From Dipteris shenzhenensis (Eukaryota), in the NCBI GenBank assembly GCA_047967505.1, contig CM106538.1: DNA of 64,000 nt; one strand, given 5' to 3'. Positions 22,743 to 36,127 of this stretch are shown here, piece after piece. The notes under the pieces were generated by a model. The model saw only the letters and a list, made by a program, of their open reading frames with translations. It was not told the origin of the DNA and ran no database searches. Position 1 is the stretch's first letter. Each line of letters begins with the position of its first letter. A program made the translations under genes and the position numbers.

Positions 22743-25700
22743 ATGTCTACAACTAGCAACCTCAATCTAGAGGCATCTGCTAAGTTAGACAACTCCAATT
22801 ACGGTACATGGAAATACCGAATGGATGACAAAGTGAGGGATCAAGGGGGATCAAAGAACTACAAGAGAGACATAGGGTAGCAAACTCTCAATCTATTGCA
22901 ATATGTGTGTGTTCTCAACAATACATGATAGGCTTCATATATATAGAGAGTGCCCTTTGAATAGTCAACACATGTGTGATCCTCTCATCCACATCTCTCC
23001 TTGTGGATATTCTCAATCCACATCTCCACATCATGTAGTCCACATCTTAGGGTGGCTACTTTAATACATTCCTTATCACATACCTTTGCCCTTTGATCTA
23101 TACATGTGCTCATGGCACCACTTCTCAACACCTCCCCTTGGTGCCATGATCCTTTGGCTACTGCAAGGTTGTCAGATGTGAGTTACATTTCATCACCTCC
23201 CCTTAGTGCATGCATTGCTACTTAAGGTGGTAAAGTGTGGTTTACATGTCAATACCTCCCTTGGGTGCTTTCATAGCTACTCTTAGGTGGTCAGGCTTGA
23301 TTTACAAAACATATGGGCTGAAGGTGGAAAGGATTTTACTTTTCAATGCTTGATGTTGATGGCATTTGCATCTTTACTCGATGTAGCTTAATGCATGATG
23401 CTCTGTTCTTCCATGTGCCTTAATGCTTTATGTGTGGATGCCATGCTTCGTGCTATGATCATCTCATGCACTTGTGCTTTCGTCATGCTTATGACAATGA
23501 TGTGTGCATTCATGCTTTGCTTTTCCATTTATTGCAAAGGTCTTGCCAATTGATTTCTTTCAATATTGGTAGTGTCTAATTGCATACAATGATTCTGATC
23601 TAACAGTTGTGTAGAGCTCAAAAAGACGATCACTTTTTCTTTTTGGAGCGTGTTCAAATTCTTCCTGGATTGGAAGTTACGGCTTGTCAAAGGTTCTGTG
23701 AAGAAGAGGGCCTTTGATGATGTGTCACAAGAATTCACATGTAGAATTCAAACTGTGCCTCACATGGTACTATGTGCTTAGGTGGCACTGTGGTGACCTA
23801 TTACCCCACTTTAGTTAACCCACAGTTACTTAAAGTATACAAGGTTCAACTGATCTCAACAATTAACTTAACCACAGTTAAAATTTATCTACCACGTGGC
23901 ATTTTGTGGTTGGAGAAGGAAGAAAGAAGAGCTTTGAGCCTTCTGCGATGATGGCGATGGAGGAGCTCAGGAGTTTTGTTGCGCACTCTGCAAGGCCTCT
24001 CAGGCTTGGAGTGGCTTCATCGGCTTCAGTGGTTGTTGCATGGTGCTCATGGAAGCCTGGATGCTATGGATGGAGAAGCTTACATCGAACGGTGAAGGAC
24101 TGAGAGCTGCTATTCGATGGAGAAGCTCGTCGTTGGAGCTGGCAGTTACTGTTGCAATTTGATCAGGCTGTCAACAAGTAGAGGGAGACCTCACTCAGGC
24201 TCATGTAGAGTCTAGCCAGCCTCGACAATGGTCGCTCCAAGAAGGGCCTCACAGGCTGGTCGACCTGCTCTATTATCGAGGAAGAGCTAGAATCAAGCAG
24301 AAGTAGCACCGCCTCGCAGATCTACATGATCTTGCTAGTCCTCCTCTCCTGTGCCATCTTCCTCGGCCTCTTCATCCTTGTCTTCTGGCTCATTTGCAAG
24401 CCTTGGCATCCTGTTGTTTCTGGGAAGAATGCCATCTTCCACAATCTCTATATGGGACAAGGGACAGATGCATCTGGCGTGCCTTCACATGCTTACGGTC
24501 GACTGCATCGTCCAAATCGACTACAACAACCCTTCGAAGTATTTTGCAGGTAGATGGCAAGTCCAGTGGAGGGCTGAAGCAGTGAGGTCTATTGGCATTT
24601 GGAGAGCTTGGTCAAAAGCTCATTCCTGGTCCTGTGAGGCCATTGTAGAGCATAAGCTTGTTCTTGCCTTGCTTGTGGAGGTCGCGCTGCTTTGGTTGCT
24701 AGAGAGCATCGAGGATGGCCGGCCGGTAGTGTGTTGTGGAAGGGTGGCACTGGAGAAGCATTTGTATGCAGGTCTGGGAGGCAACTTGACATAGGTAGAG
24801 CTTGTTCATGGTTGTCTCTCTATTGGAGCAGCAACCGAGCGTTGCTGTAGTCCCTCTGTCGATCTTGGCAAGCCATCTAGGCCGGTTGAAGGTTGAACCT
24901 TAGTAGAAAGATGGATATTTTGGCTTTCTCTCTCTCAAAATCTATCAGATGAAGAACTAGAGCACTCTCTCTCCCCAGAACTAATAGAGTCTCTCACAGG
25001 AGTATGAGTCTCTTCCTATCTCTCTTATAGAAGAATAATGAATCAAGAGGAACACTCACTCTCTCTTGCAAACTGAAATTATTCCAATCAAGAATGGATG
25101 GAAATTTCTCTTGCTCTAGACCTCTCACACTCTCATGCAAGGATCACCATGTCTCAATGGAAGATAAGGGAGCTCTGATACCATGACAAAGTCAAGGATC
25201 AAGGGGGATCAAAGAACCACAAGAGAGACATAGGGTAGCAAACTCTCAATCTATTGCAATATGTGTGTGTTCTCAACAATACATGATAGGCCTCATATAT
25301 AGAGAGTGCCCTTTGAATAGTCAACACATGTGTGATCCTCTCATCCACATCTCTCCTTGTGGATATCCTCAATCCACATCTCCACATCATGTAGTCCACA
25401 TCTTAGGGTTGCTACTTTAATACATTTCTTATCACATACCTTTGCCCTTTAATCTATACATGTGCTCATGGCCCCACTTCTTAACAATGGATACCATTCT
25501 TGTACTTCAAGACAAATGGGAGTATGTCGATGGGCCTACACCTAGACCATTGGATGATCCAGCCACCAGTAGCTCTACTCCACCTGTTGTCACAACACCA
25601 GTAGCGGGATCTACAGCTACACAAACACTTTTTGCACTGGTAGCAGATCTTGCCATTGCTCGAGCTTAGGCAGAGTGGGATAAGAAAGACAAGTATTCCT

Positions 25701-28700
25701 ATCATCTGATCAAGCAAAATGTGCAAGATGTCATGCTAGGACAGGTCAACACAGTAAAGACATCGAAAGAAGCATGGGATATGTTCGTATCACTCTACAA
25801 GTCCAAGAACACATCCATGATTCTCACACTGAGAAACCAGATCTCAACCAGAGTTTCTGCAACAGCAGCGAAATCGGTCATGCTTATGTACTCCAGATAA
25901 AAGACTACAACAATCAACTTGCAGCAGTATGACAGAATATGAACATCGCAGAAATGGTTCAAGTCATCTTGAATGGAGGGATATGAGAATCTAGTCCAGA
26001 GTATTGCCATCCAATGGCAAATTTTGGCACTGGAAGAATTTCAATCAGTCCTACTTGGTGAAGAACTCATAACTCAAGCCATTCAAGCACAAAAAGGTCA
26101 TTCTAATGATCAGGCATTCACAGCTTCAGACAGAAGCAGAGGCAGAGGTAGATCATACCAGAAAAGTGATCATCATCAGCAACAACAAGGTCATCATCAG
26201 CAAAGTCAGAATCAGCATCAGCATCATCCTTAGTAACAAAATCAGCAAAGAGGAAATCATTCTAACCGAGGAAGATTTCAAGGACGAGGGAATGCATCCA
26301 CCAATGCGTCAAACATCCAATGCAACTACTGTCACAAGTTTGGACACTATGAAAGAGATTGCTAGAAGAAGCAGTATGACCAAGGTGGTCAGTCAATCCA
26401 ACAGTAAAAGTCGAGGGAATTTCCGTGGTAGAAGAAATCATTGTGGTGGAAATTCTAGTCACAGTCATTTTGCAAATGAACATGGGAATATGTTTCTTGC
26501 AAGCGAGGAAATGCATCAGACTGATACAGTGTAGCCAAAAACTAATTACAATCCCAAAGAGGATTTCAACTCTATCAAGTCAACCAAGCAAAATAGGATC
26601 CTTGGTATATCGACAATGGTGCATTATCTCACATGACAAATCATCAGGAATGGTTCACAAAGATGAAACCATTAGAAGGTGAGAAAGATGTCATCTACAC
26701 AGCAAAAAATACATCGAATCTAGTTCAAGAGATAGGTGTTATCCCTATGAATAATTTCACTAGTACCAAAGGATTGGTGAAAGATGTACTCTACATTACG
26801 AAGCTCAGCAAGAACCTCTTGTCAGTAGGTCAAATGACGGAACACAACTACCAAGTCATCTTCGACGGAGATGAATGCACTATCAAAGACAAATCCAGAA
26901 GATGTCAGCTAGTAGCAAAAGGTGTCAAGGAAGGACGCTTATACAAAATGCTAGCTACAGTACTAGAAAAGCATGCCATGTCAGCTCAACCACAATAGAT
27001 GCCACTATCTACAAAATGGCACAAGAGATATGGTCATGTCAATTTCAAGTACTTGTTCGATCTCAGGAATCAAAATATGGCAATTGGGATTCCTAAGCTA
27101 TAGTTTCCTGGAAAAGTTTGCGAAGCATGCTACTTTGGCAAACAAAAGTGAACTAACTTTGAGAGAAGTACCTCTCGTGCACGAGGTATTCTTAATTTGA
27201 TACATACAGATGTATGAGGTTATGCCCATACCCATAGCATCAATGGTTCACTTTACTAGACTTTCATCGACGACTACAGCAGATATTGTTGGGTCTACTT
27301 TCTGAAAGAGAAATCTGAAGTCTTTTCCACATTTCAAGAATTCAAAGCCATGGTAGAAAACCAGACAGGTAGAAAGATCAAAGTCATGAGATCTGATAAA
27401 GGAGGTGAATACATGTCTTTAGCATTCATGAACTTTTGCAAAAATCGTGGCATTCGAAGACAAATTCACATGTGCAGATACTCCTTAGCAGAATGTAACA
27501 GCTGAACGGAAGAATGGAAATTTAGCAGACAGTGCTAGAGCAATGCTTAGTGAAAAGCATCTTCTGAATCAGTATTGGGAAGAAGCAATAGCCACTGTGA
27601 ACTACTTGCTTAATCGGCTTCCTACCGAACGGATACAAGGTATGACTCCTTATGAAGCATTCACTGGACATAAGCCACACATTCGGCATCTTTGCATAAA
27701 TGGTTGCCTAGCATATGCCCACATACATGATGATCATCATAGGAAATTGGATGCAAAGTCATGCAAATGCATCATGGTTGGCTATAGTGAAGAAAGCAAA
27801 GCATACAAGTTATATGATCCCATCAACCGCAAGGTCATTATCTCCAGAGATGTAATCTTTGATGACGAATCAGAATGGATAACCTCAAACACACAAAAGA
27901 TAGAAGCATCAACTTCACACTCACCTACAGAACAAGTTGATGAAGAAGAGAAAGAATTGCTAGAAACACCCCAAGCAGAGCCACAGCAGCTCAGATGGTC
28001 TACTAGGGAAAGCAGACCTCCAGCTAGATTGACATATGCTCAGAAAGGCAAAGCAATTCAGGTTGAAACAACCAACGATGCTCTTATGACTACCATCATG
28101 GCTACATAAGAGCCAGTGTACTTCAAAGATGCAGTAGACAAGCCAGAATGGCAAACTGCTATGAATGAAGAAATGGATGCTTTGTATAAGAATAATACTT
28201 GGGATTTATGTGACCTTCCACCAGGAAAGAAGGCCATAGCAAACAAATGGGTATAAAAGTGAAGTACAATCTAGATGGCAGTATTCAAAGATATAAAGCC
28301 AGACTAGCTGCAAAAGGATTTGCACAGCAATATGGTTAGGATTATGATGAGACTTATGCTCCAGTAGCAAAGATGGATTCCATATGGTTCTTGATATCAC
28401 TAGTGATGCTCAGTAGATGGAATGTGTATCAGCTCAATGTCAAGAATGCATTTCTCAATGGTTATCTAGACGAGGAAGTCACCAACAGGTAATGTTTACC
28501 CAAGAAATGGGAATAAGGTTTGCCATCTCAAGAAGAGTCTCTACAGCTTAAAGCAAGCACCCAAAAGTTGGTACAATACAATTGACAAGCATTTTGCTGA
28601 TTTGGGATACATGAAGTCCAATGCAGATCATGCTCTCTACTTCAAAGTTCAAGGGGAAGACATTACTATTGCACTTTTGTATGTAGATGATCTGATTGTG

Positions 28701-29490
28701 ATAGGAAGCAAGGATAGCTTCATCAAAAAACTAAAACAAGACTTATCTATAGAGTTCAACATGAAAGATTTTGGACTTATGCACTATTGTCTTGGAATTG
28801 AGTTCTGGAGAGATTCAGATAGCACATTCATGAGTCAACTCAAGTATGTTGACAATCTCCTAAAGAAGTTTCATATGGCAGATTGCAAGATTGCAGCCAC
28901 TCCCATGGAACAGAGTTTGAAACTTACAAAAGATTTAGAAAATCCTACAGTCAATGACAGGTACTACAGATAGCTCATCGAGTCTCTTATATATCTAACT
29001 ATCGCTCGGCCAGATATTTGTTATGCAATAAATTCACTTGCATAGTTTATGGCAAATCCAAAACAGTCTGACTAGAATGCAGCCAAAAGAGTCTTAAGAT
29101 ACATTAGAGGTACAAGACAGTTGGGATAGAATACAGAGAAAGTCATCAACGGTTGCATGGATACTGTGACAATGACTATGCCGAAGATCATGAGACCAGG
29201 AAATTGACACAGGGATATGCATTTTTCCTTGGTCAAGGCGCTATATCATGGTTGTCAAACAAACAACCAACTGTTTCTTTGTCTTTGACTGAATCAGAAT
29301 ACAGAGCACTCACTACAGGTGCATGTGAGGCTATACGGCTCAAAAGACTATTGTCGAAAACAGATTACTTTGATGAGTCAAAGCCAACAACAATATACTG
29401 TGATAATCAATCGGCTCAAGCATTGGCCAAGAATCCAGTATATCACTCTAGGACAAAGCACATTGATGTCAGAGAGCACTTCATTGCTTG
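22743..29490 (+). mobile_element. Degenerate Ty1/copia element A (gag-PR-IN-RT-RH), interrupted at 22826-25486, 3'-truncated
   Basis: MSTTSNLNLEASAKLDNSNYGTWKYRMD|TILVLQDKWEYVDG gag; CNYCHKFGH knuckle; [65 protein letters not shown]. Confidence 0.93.
22826..25486 (-). mobile_element. Complete 2.66-kb non-autonomous LTR retrotransposon (TRIM/LARD-like) with ATGGA TSD
   Basis: LTRs 22826-23130 and 25184-25486 (TG...CA, ~10 substitutions plus one indel by eye); PBS rc GCTCTGATACCA 25172-25183; PPT rc CCTCCCCTTGG at 23131; ATGGA at 22821-22825 and 25487-25491; no gag/pol motifs seen inside. Confidence 0.95.
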
Positions 29491-29577
29491 ATGCAAATGA
29501 AACAAGATCCCAAATGCTAGTACCTACAAGAGAGAATTCACACCAAATACCAGGGGCACCCAAATGCATCCTCTTCC

Positions 29578-32500
29578 ATGTCTAAAAATGAGTTTTTTAG
29601 CATTAAAAAGTTTAATGGGACAAACTTTTCTTTGTGGAAAGAATAGATAAGGATGTGATTATTCAAAAGAAGCATATTAAACACTTGATGGGGATTGGAG
29701 CTAAGCCTACAAATATGTTTGAGGATGATTGGAATGAGTTGGATGCATTAGCAAAGTATACTGTTAGACTTCATCTTGGAGAGTCAGTTTATTTCATAGT
29801 AGTAAATGAGTAGACTACAGAAGATTTGTGGAAGAAATTATGTGCCACTTATGAGAAGGAAGTTGCCTCTAATAAAGTTAACCTCATGAAGAGGTTGTTT
29901 GAGCTGCAGATGAAGGAAGGAGTCTCCATTGCTTCTCACTTGAATGAATTCAATATTATTTTCAGCCAGCTTCAAGCTTAGAAGATGAATTTTAATGCGG
30001 AGACTAAGGCAATATTTCTCTTGTATTCATTGCCATCCTCATGGGATAACTTCTGTACGACTGTAACTCTGCACCTGGTGGAGTATTGAAGTTTGACGAT
30101 GTTGTGGGTAGCTTGTTGGCCGAGGAGATAAGACCTGAAGTCTATGGAAGGCAACAAGAAAATGCATCCTTAAATGTGCAAAGGGGAAGATCACAGTTCA
30201 GGGGGAAGTCCCAAGAAAGAGGGAAGTCTCATAGCAAATCCAAGGCACAAAACATTGAGTGTTACTATTGTGGCAAGAAGGGCCACATGAAAAAGGATTG
30301 ATACAAGCTAAAAAGAGAGCAAAAGGATAAGAAAAAGAATGCAAATTGGAGTGCAAATAATAGGGAAGACAGTCCAAGGGAGGACAAAGGAAAAATGAAG
30401 ATCGAGGAGATCAATGCAGTCAATGATAATAGTGACAATGACATTCTCTTCATGTCTAGTCTACTTGCAGATTTGCTTACCACTTCAGATGATGCATATT
30501 CCTAGGATTGGATTTTTGATTCTAGTGCTTCATTCCATGTTACTTTCCATAGGGAATGGTTCTCCCCTTATGACAATGGAAAGACAGGTTGTGTGCATCT
30601 TGGAAATAACTATGCATGTGACATAGTGGGATCATGTGACATAAAGTTTTCTTTTTCAAATGGGTCTGCATTTGTTTTGAAAAATGTGAGACGTGCCTAA
30701 GATGATCAAGAGTCTTATTTTAGCGGGTTAGCTAGATGATGCTAGTTTTCAGACCCCTTTTGGCTTTTAGAGTTGAAAACTACAGAACGGCTCTATGGTT
30801 TTGGCAAGGGATGCCAAGTGTGGGACATTGTATTCCTTACATGTATCAGGGCTGTCTGATCATGTTGTTGCAATAACTAAGCAGCCAAGTACTTCTTTGT
30901 GGCATTACAGGTGGGGGCACATGAGCTAGAATGAAATGAAACTCTTATGCCATTTGGGTTATGTACCGCATTTGAGTTTTTTTACTTTGAATTTTGTGAG
31001 CATTGTCTCTATGGGAAGCAGAATAAATCAGCTCAAAAAAGAAGGGAAAAAAAGAGCTTGAAAAGCTTGATCTAGTTCATTCAAATATATGTGGTCCCAT
31101 GCCTACACGATCATTAGGTGGGGCTGAATACTATGCGGCATTCATTGATGATGCAACTAGGAAAGTGTGGGCTTATGCGATAGCTTGAAAGAGCGATGTG
31201 TTCCAGGTATTTCAAAAATGGCTGGCTTTGCATTTCTATGATACACATGGGATCAAGAGGGAGCTCACATCCCCTCGTACACTAGAGAAAAATCTAGTTG
31301 CAAAACAGATGAACTGCACCATTTAGAAAAGGTTGCAATGTATGCTTTCCAATGCAAGTCTTTTTGGTGGTTTTTGGGCTAAGGCAATGAAGACTACAAT
31401 GCATGTGATCAATAGATCACCTAGCTCTCACCTAGTAAGAGTTTGGATGGTGGTATTCTTGAAGAGTTATGGAGTGGTAAGAAGCCCTCTTACTCTCATT
31501 TGCATATATTTAGGGGTGAGGCATATGCACATTTGCCAAAAGAGCTTCGAAAGAAGCTAGATCCTAAGTCTAGGAACTGCATCTTTTTGGGTTATGATGA
31601 AAGTGGAGAGATGGGCTATCATCTCTGGGATCCAGAATCAAAGAAGATCATACGAAGCCATGATGTGGTATTCAATGAGAAGAAGATGCATAAGACACCC
31701 ATGAGGGATGTGGAAATGAGAAGAATCACTTTCTAGGATGTGAATCCACCCAAATATGTTGATAGAAAACAAGCTGTCCATGCACCAAATGTGCAAGAAA
31801 TGGTGCCACCAGGTACACAATCAAGGGTAGATGATGGATTATCTATTGGTGGAAATGATGATCCAAAGGTGCTGATATGCAGGTGGGACAACAAGCTGAA
31901 ATGCCCTTGAGAAGATCATCCAGAGTGTCTAGACCGCCTGAGAGATTTGTTCCAAGGGCAAACTATGTGATGCTTACTGATTGCAGTGAGCCTTCTTGCT
32001 ATGGAGAGGCTATGATGTGTGAGGATCAGCACAAGTGGGTCTACAAGATGAAGGTCATCGATGATGATGCACCTAAGTTGGCTAAAAGGTGTAAGCAAGA
32101 GAAGGGTGTGGAGTTTGATGAGATCTTCTCTCCAGTTGTGAAGATGACCACACTTAGATGTGTACTTGGAAGTCTTGTGGCAGTAGAGGATATGTATCTT
32201 ATGCAGATGGATGTCAAGACAACTTTCTTGCATGGGGATTTGCATGAGGAAATTTACATGATATAGCTGGAAGGCTTTGAAGAAAAGGGCAAAGAGAATT
32301 GGCTTGCAAGCTGAAAAAGAGTCTCTATGGCCTTAAGCAAGTACCTAGAGAATGGTATCAGAAGTTTGATGCTTTCATTCAATCCCAAGGTTTCAAAAGA
32401 AATGAGATTGATCACTGCATCTACACTAAAAGGGCTAAGAATAATAACTTGATACTCCTGACACTTTAAGTGGATGATATGCTACTGGCTAGCAAGAAGA

Positions 32501-33116
32501 CTTATGAGCTCAATGCATTAAAGGACAAGTTGCATGAGGCCTTTGACATGAAGGATTTGGGACTTGCAGGTCATATTCTTGGTATGTGCATCACGTGTGA
32601 CCGAAGTAGGAAACTCCTTTGGCTTTCACAGAAGTAGTATGTTACAAAAGTGTTGCAGCGCTTCAATATGGAGGCGGGGAAGGTAGTAAGTACTCCATTG
32701 CCTCCATATGTGAAACTAAGTCAGGCAGATAGCCCCAAATCAGATGAGACAAGGCCATGATGGCAAAGATTTGTAATGCATCAACGATTAGGAGTCTTAT
32801 GTATGCTATGATAGCTACTAGACCAGACATTGCATTTGTAGTGGGAGTTGTTGGCTAGTACATGGCTAATCTAGGAAAGAGGCATTGGGAGGCAGTTAAG
32901 TGCATCATGACGTACATGAAGGATACCAAGGAGATGTGTATCTGCTTTGGCAGAGGAGAGATGCATGTACTTGGGTACACAGATACAGGGCATGTGGATA
33001 GCAGGAGATCCACTTCTGGTTAAGGGTTCATCTTTGTAGGTGGTGGAATGTCGTGGATGTCTCGCGCACAGAAGTGCATTGCTTTGTCTACCACAGAGGC
33101 CGAGTATGTTGCAGCC
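29578..33116 (+). mobile_element. Degenerate Ty1/copia element B (Tnt1/Tork-like gag-pol), broken within RNase H
   Basis: KKFNGTNFSLWK gag; CYYCGKKGHMKKDC; WIFDSSASFH PR; KLDPKSRNCIFLGY; FSPVVKMTTLR; QMDVKTTFLHGDL; VDDMLL; ends ...CIALSTTEAEYVAA. Confidence 0.93.
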
Positions 33117-33629
33117 CTGGGGCACCAACTCAATGTGTAATATGTTACTAACCTCATCCAAAATCCATGGTATGGGGGGGACAAGGTCCATATATAATAT
33201 GTATGGATTTCCTTTAAAATTTTCAAATATACAAGGGAAAAATATGTAAATTTCATGTCCCCCCTCCCACAAAATATGTAAATTTCATGTCCCCCCTCCC
33301 ACAAAATATAAGGTATATACCTTTAAAAATATGCAAGATTTTAAGATTTGTACATATTTTTCATAATATGTGAGGCCCAGGGGGGGGGGGTCTTTTGGAT
33401 GGGGGGGGTAAAACAAAAAATACACTAAAATATGAAAACCCATCTCCTTTCAAATTAATGTAACTTTTTCATGTGTTACCCAAATTTCAAGGTGTAAATA
33501 CATATTTGAAGCTCTTTTAGTGTAGAACACAATCATGTTAATTTGAATAAGTTCTACTCATGGCATATTGTAAAATTCATCTCATACTCAAGATTTTGAT
33601 AGGTTTTCTTACTAAAGGGAGTTGGTGCT

Positions 33630-33700
33630 CTATGCGGCAAAGAAACCAAGTCCCAAGTCTTATTCTTCATGAGTGAATGCATCTCTGGCACCAAGAGATG
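33630..33700 (-). pseudogene. Short copia RT N-terminal fragment
   Basis: EMHSLMKNKTWDLVSLP. Confidence 0.6.
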
Positions 33701-34949
33701 GTTAGTAATGCCAGGAGGTTTCAACTCAACCTTAGAGGTTGGAATCTTGCTAGAACTCCTCATTGGGAGAATCTTTAAATTTTTGCTGATTTAGAGAAAT
33801 CCTTTTAGATGAAACTCTACAAAATTCCTTAGGAATAGAAAATTCACTCCTCTTTTCTCTCTCTATTCATGGGGGGATTTCAATGAACCAATTGAGGTCG
33901 AGGCTTTGGACTTCCTCCCAAGGATTGAGCCCTTAGGAGTGCAATCATTGCTTTGAGGTTGAGGCTTGGAATTCCTCCCAAGTGTTGAGCCTTGGCAGAG
34001 TGCAATCATCGCTTCGATTGCTTCCTAAGGGTAACTAAGATGTTCTCATATACAAGGTTCCCAAGCTTCTGGCATAGAATGTTAGTGAAAATCTCTGATC
34101 TTCACATCAATTCTGGTAGACACATATGGATTTTGCAAGTCTACTATGCATAGGTTCAATGGTAATAAGAAGAACCCATTACTTAGGCATACATCTTGAA
34201 CCTCCAAAACATACACAGGTAAGATCTGTGTCATCACAAATCCACATACCTGGCCATTGTTTTGTGTCGAAAAGCATGGGCAAGATAGAGTACTTCAAAG
34301 AAAAAGAGGATAAGGAGATGGGAAATACCATGCCATGGACAAATATCCTCCACATGATGATTGGGACATGCCAACAAACAAGGCTATTGCCAACACTAGA
34401 CATGAGCTCGAAGGTGCAGATCTCATCAGTGCAGTCGAAGATGAGGCCGATGCCCTTATAATGGAAGTGGCTTCATGGAAAGGAGACTCATAAGGCTATT
34501 TTTAAAGAATATAAGAAAGAAGACTCATAAGGCTATTTTTTAATAATATAAGAAACATAAAAAGTCATTATACATGATGAAAAAGTGCTCATAAAAGAAA
34601 GTAGCATAGTTTTTCACCTGGGTAGATTTAAAATAGGTTTCACAACAATTCTCGATTTTATAGTTCTGAAGTATCAATAAGTGTCATACATATAATCATT
34701 TTTCATTGGTATCACTCATTCATGACTAGAGCTATTCTATACATATAATATATTCTTCTAAAGCTTCCTATGATATCACTTATACTTGCATCTTGAAACT
34801 AGCATAAATTGTAGTGTAACCAACAATCAAAACAAGGTCTAAATTTGATGTTATACATCATGTAAGGTCCCTTAAAAGCTCATGCTACTCCATGATATCA
34901 TATTAAATACATATAAAGAGTATGGTAAGTTTGGAACTTATGAGAGATC

Positions 34950-36127
34950 TCAATAATGGAAGCAGAATAGAAGAAGGTGAAAGAGAGGGAGAGCCAAAAG
35001 AGAGAGCCACACAAGTTTTGGTGGGTGCAGTGTTAAATTACACGATATAGCGAAACAAAAACTGAACAAAGAATAGAGAGTACACAGCATATTGAAGATG
35101 AGAATAAAATTTTCCTTCAATACTGATGTAGTACAGATGATGGCTCCGTCCACCCATGTGCTCCCACAATGGAGCTTGGATGGCGATCTAGACAGATACC
35201 AGGTGAAGCTCTACTAGCTAGATCTGATCTGATGCAATGGACTGGGAAGGTCGCCTCTTTATAGCTATGAGGGTGGTAGTCGGATCAACGTAGTCGGTGG
35301 AACTGACCAGTCAACCTAATCGATGGAGCTGACCAGTCAACCTAGTCGGTGGAACTGACTAGTCGTCCATGGAATATTCAGGGAATATTCCCCATACTGT
35401 CACCTCAGGGGCTCTCGCCCCCGAACCCCCACCCCCAACTAGGGGCCAGCTAGCCCCTGGACCCTAGCGAGAGCAAGGGGCTCCCACACAATCAAGAGAA
35501 TGTGCCTCGTTGTGCTACCAGCTTTCTACCATCAACGGTCTCATTGAGAGACCTCATCTAACATGCAAGTCAGGATCCATCTAGCGTCCCGGGATCACAC
35601 ATGGCTTCTCCTCATATGGGGGCCTTACAACTTGAGCACCTTGGACCACTGGTGGTTACCAGGAGGGTGGGGCATTGAGCATATCTAACATGCAGAACAT
35701 CCTAATCTTCTATGTCATCCATATATGTGTGTGTTTGAGTATTGTACATAATTGGGGTTAAGTTACAGTGGCCTTTAACCCCCCAAAACCTCCCACTTAA
35801 AGGCCAATATGCTTTTCAGGGAGAACAACCAATGGACATACTATCCAATGCCCATCAATACACGATAATACTCAAACCACTGACTAGGTAGACTCTTCAT
35901 CAGCATATCTATAGGGTTATCATCTGTATGAACCTTGACAAGCTCTATGCGCTTGTCCTCAAGTACCTCCTTGGTAAAATGGTACCTAACCTCAATGTGT
36001 TTGGTCTTTGCATGAAAGACCAGATTCCATGCTAGATGAATTGCTAGCACTCAATGTCAATATACATGTATGAAGCCCCAAATCTCCCACTAGAGCCATA
36101 TAGCCTCCTTGCAACCCTCTATGGCTG
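34950..36127 (-). mobile_element. Inverted 3' end of copia element B: RNase H C-terminus, PPT and 3' LTR (LTR interrupted by a solo LTR)
   Basis: Minus strand from 36127 reads (A)IEGCKEAIWL...AIHLAWNLVFHAKTKHIEVRYHF...VHTDDNPIDML, the direct continuation of TTEAEYVAA at 33116. PPT rc CCTCCCACTT at ~35788. Left boundary approximate. Confidence 0.82.
35031..35690 (-). repeat. Solo LTR, 660 bp, with TGCAG TSD
   Basis: TGTTA...TAACA termini; TGCAG at 35026-35030 and 35691-35695. Orientation taken from the related copy at 55035-55308, which abuts a minus-strand PPT. Confidence 0.92.

Noticed and set aside
24326-24794. ORFs inside the non-autonomous element, including one with a hydrophobic N-terminus
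   Set aside because: Antisense to the element, short, no recognisable motifs, no homolog in the related copies.
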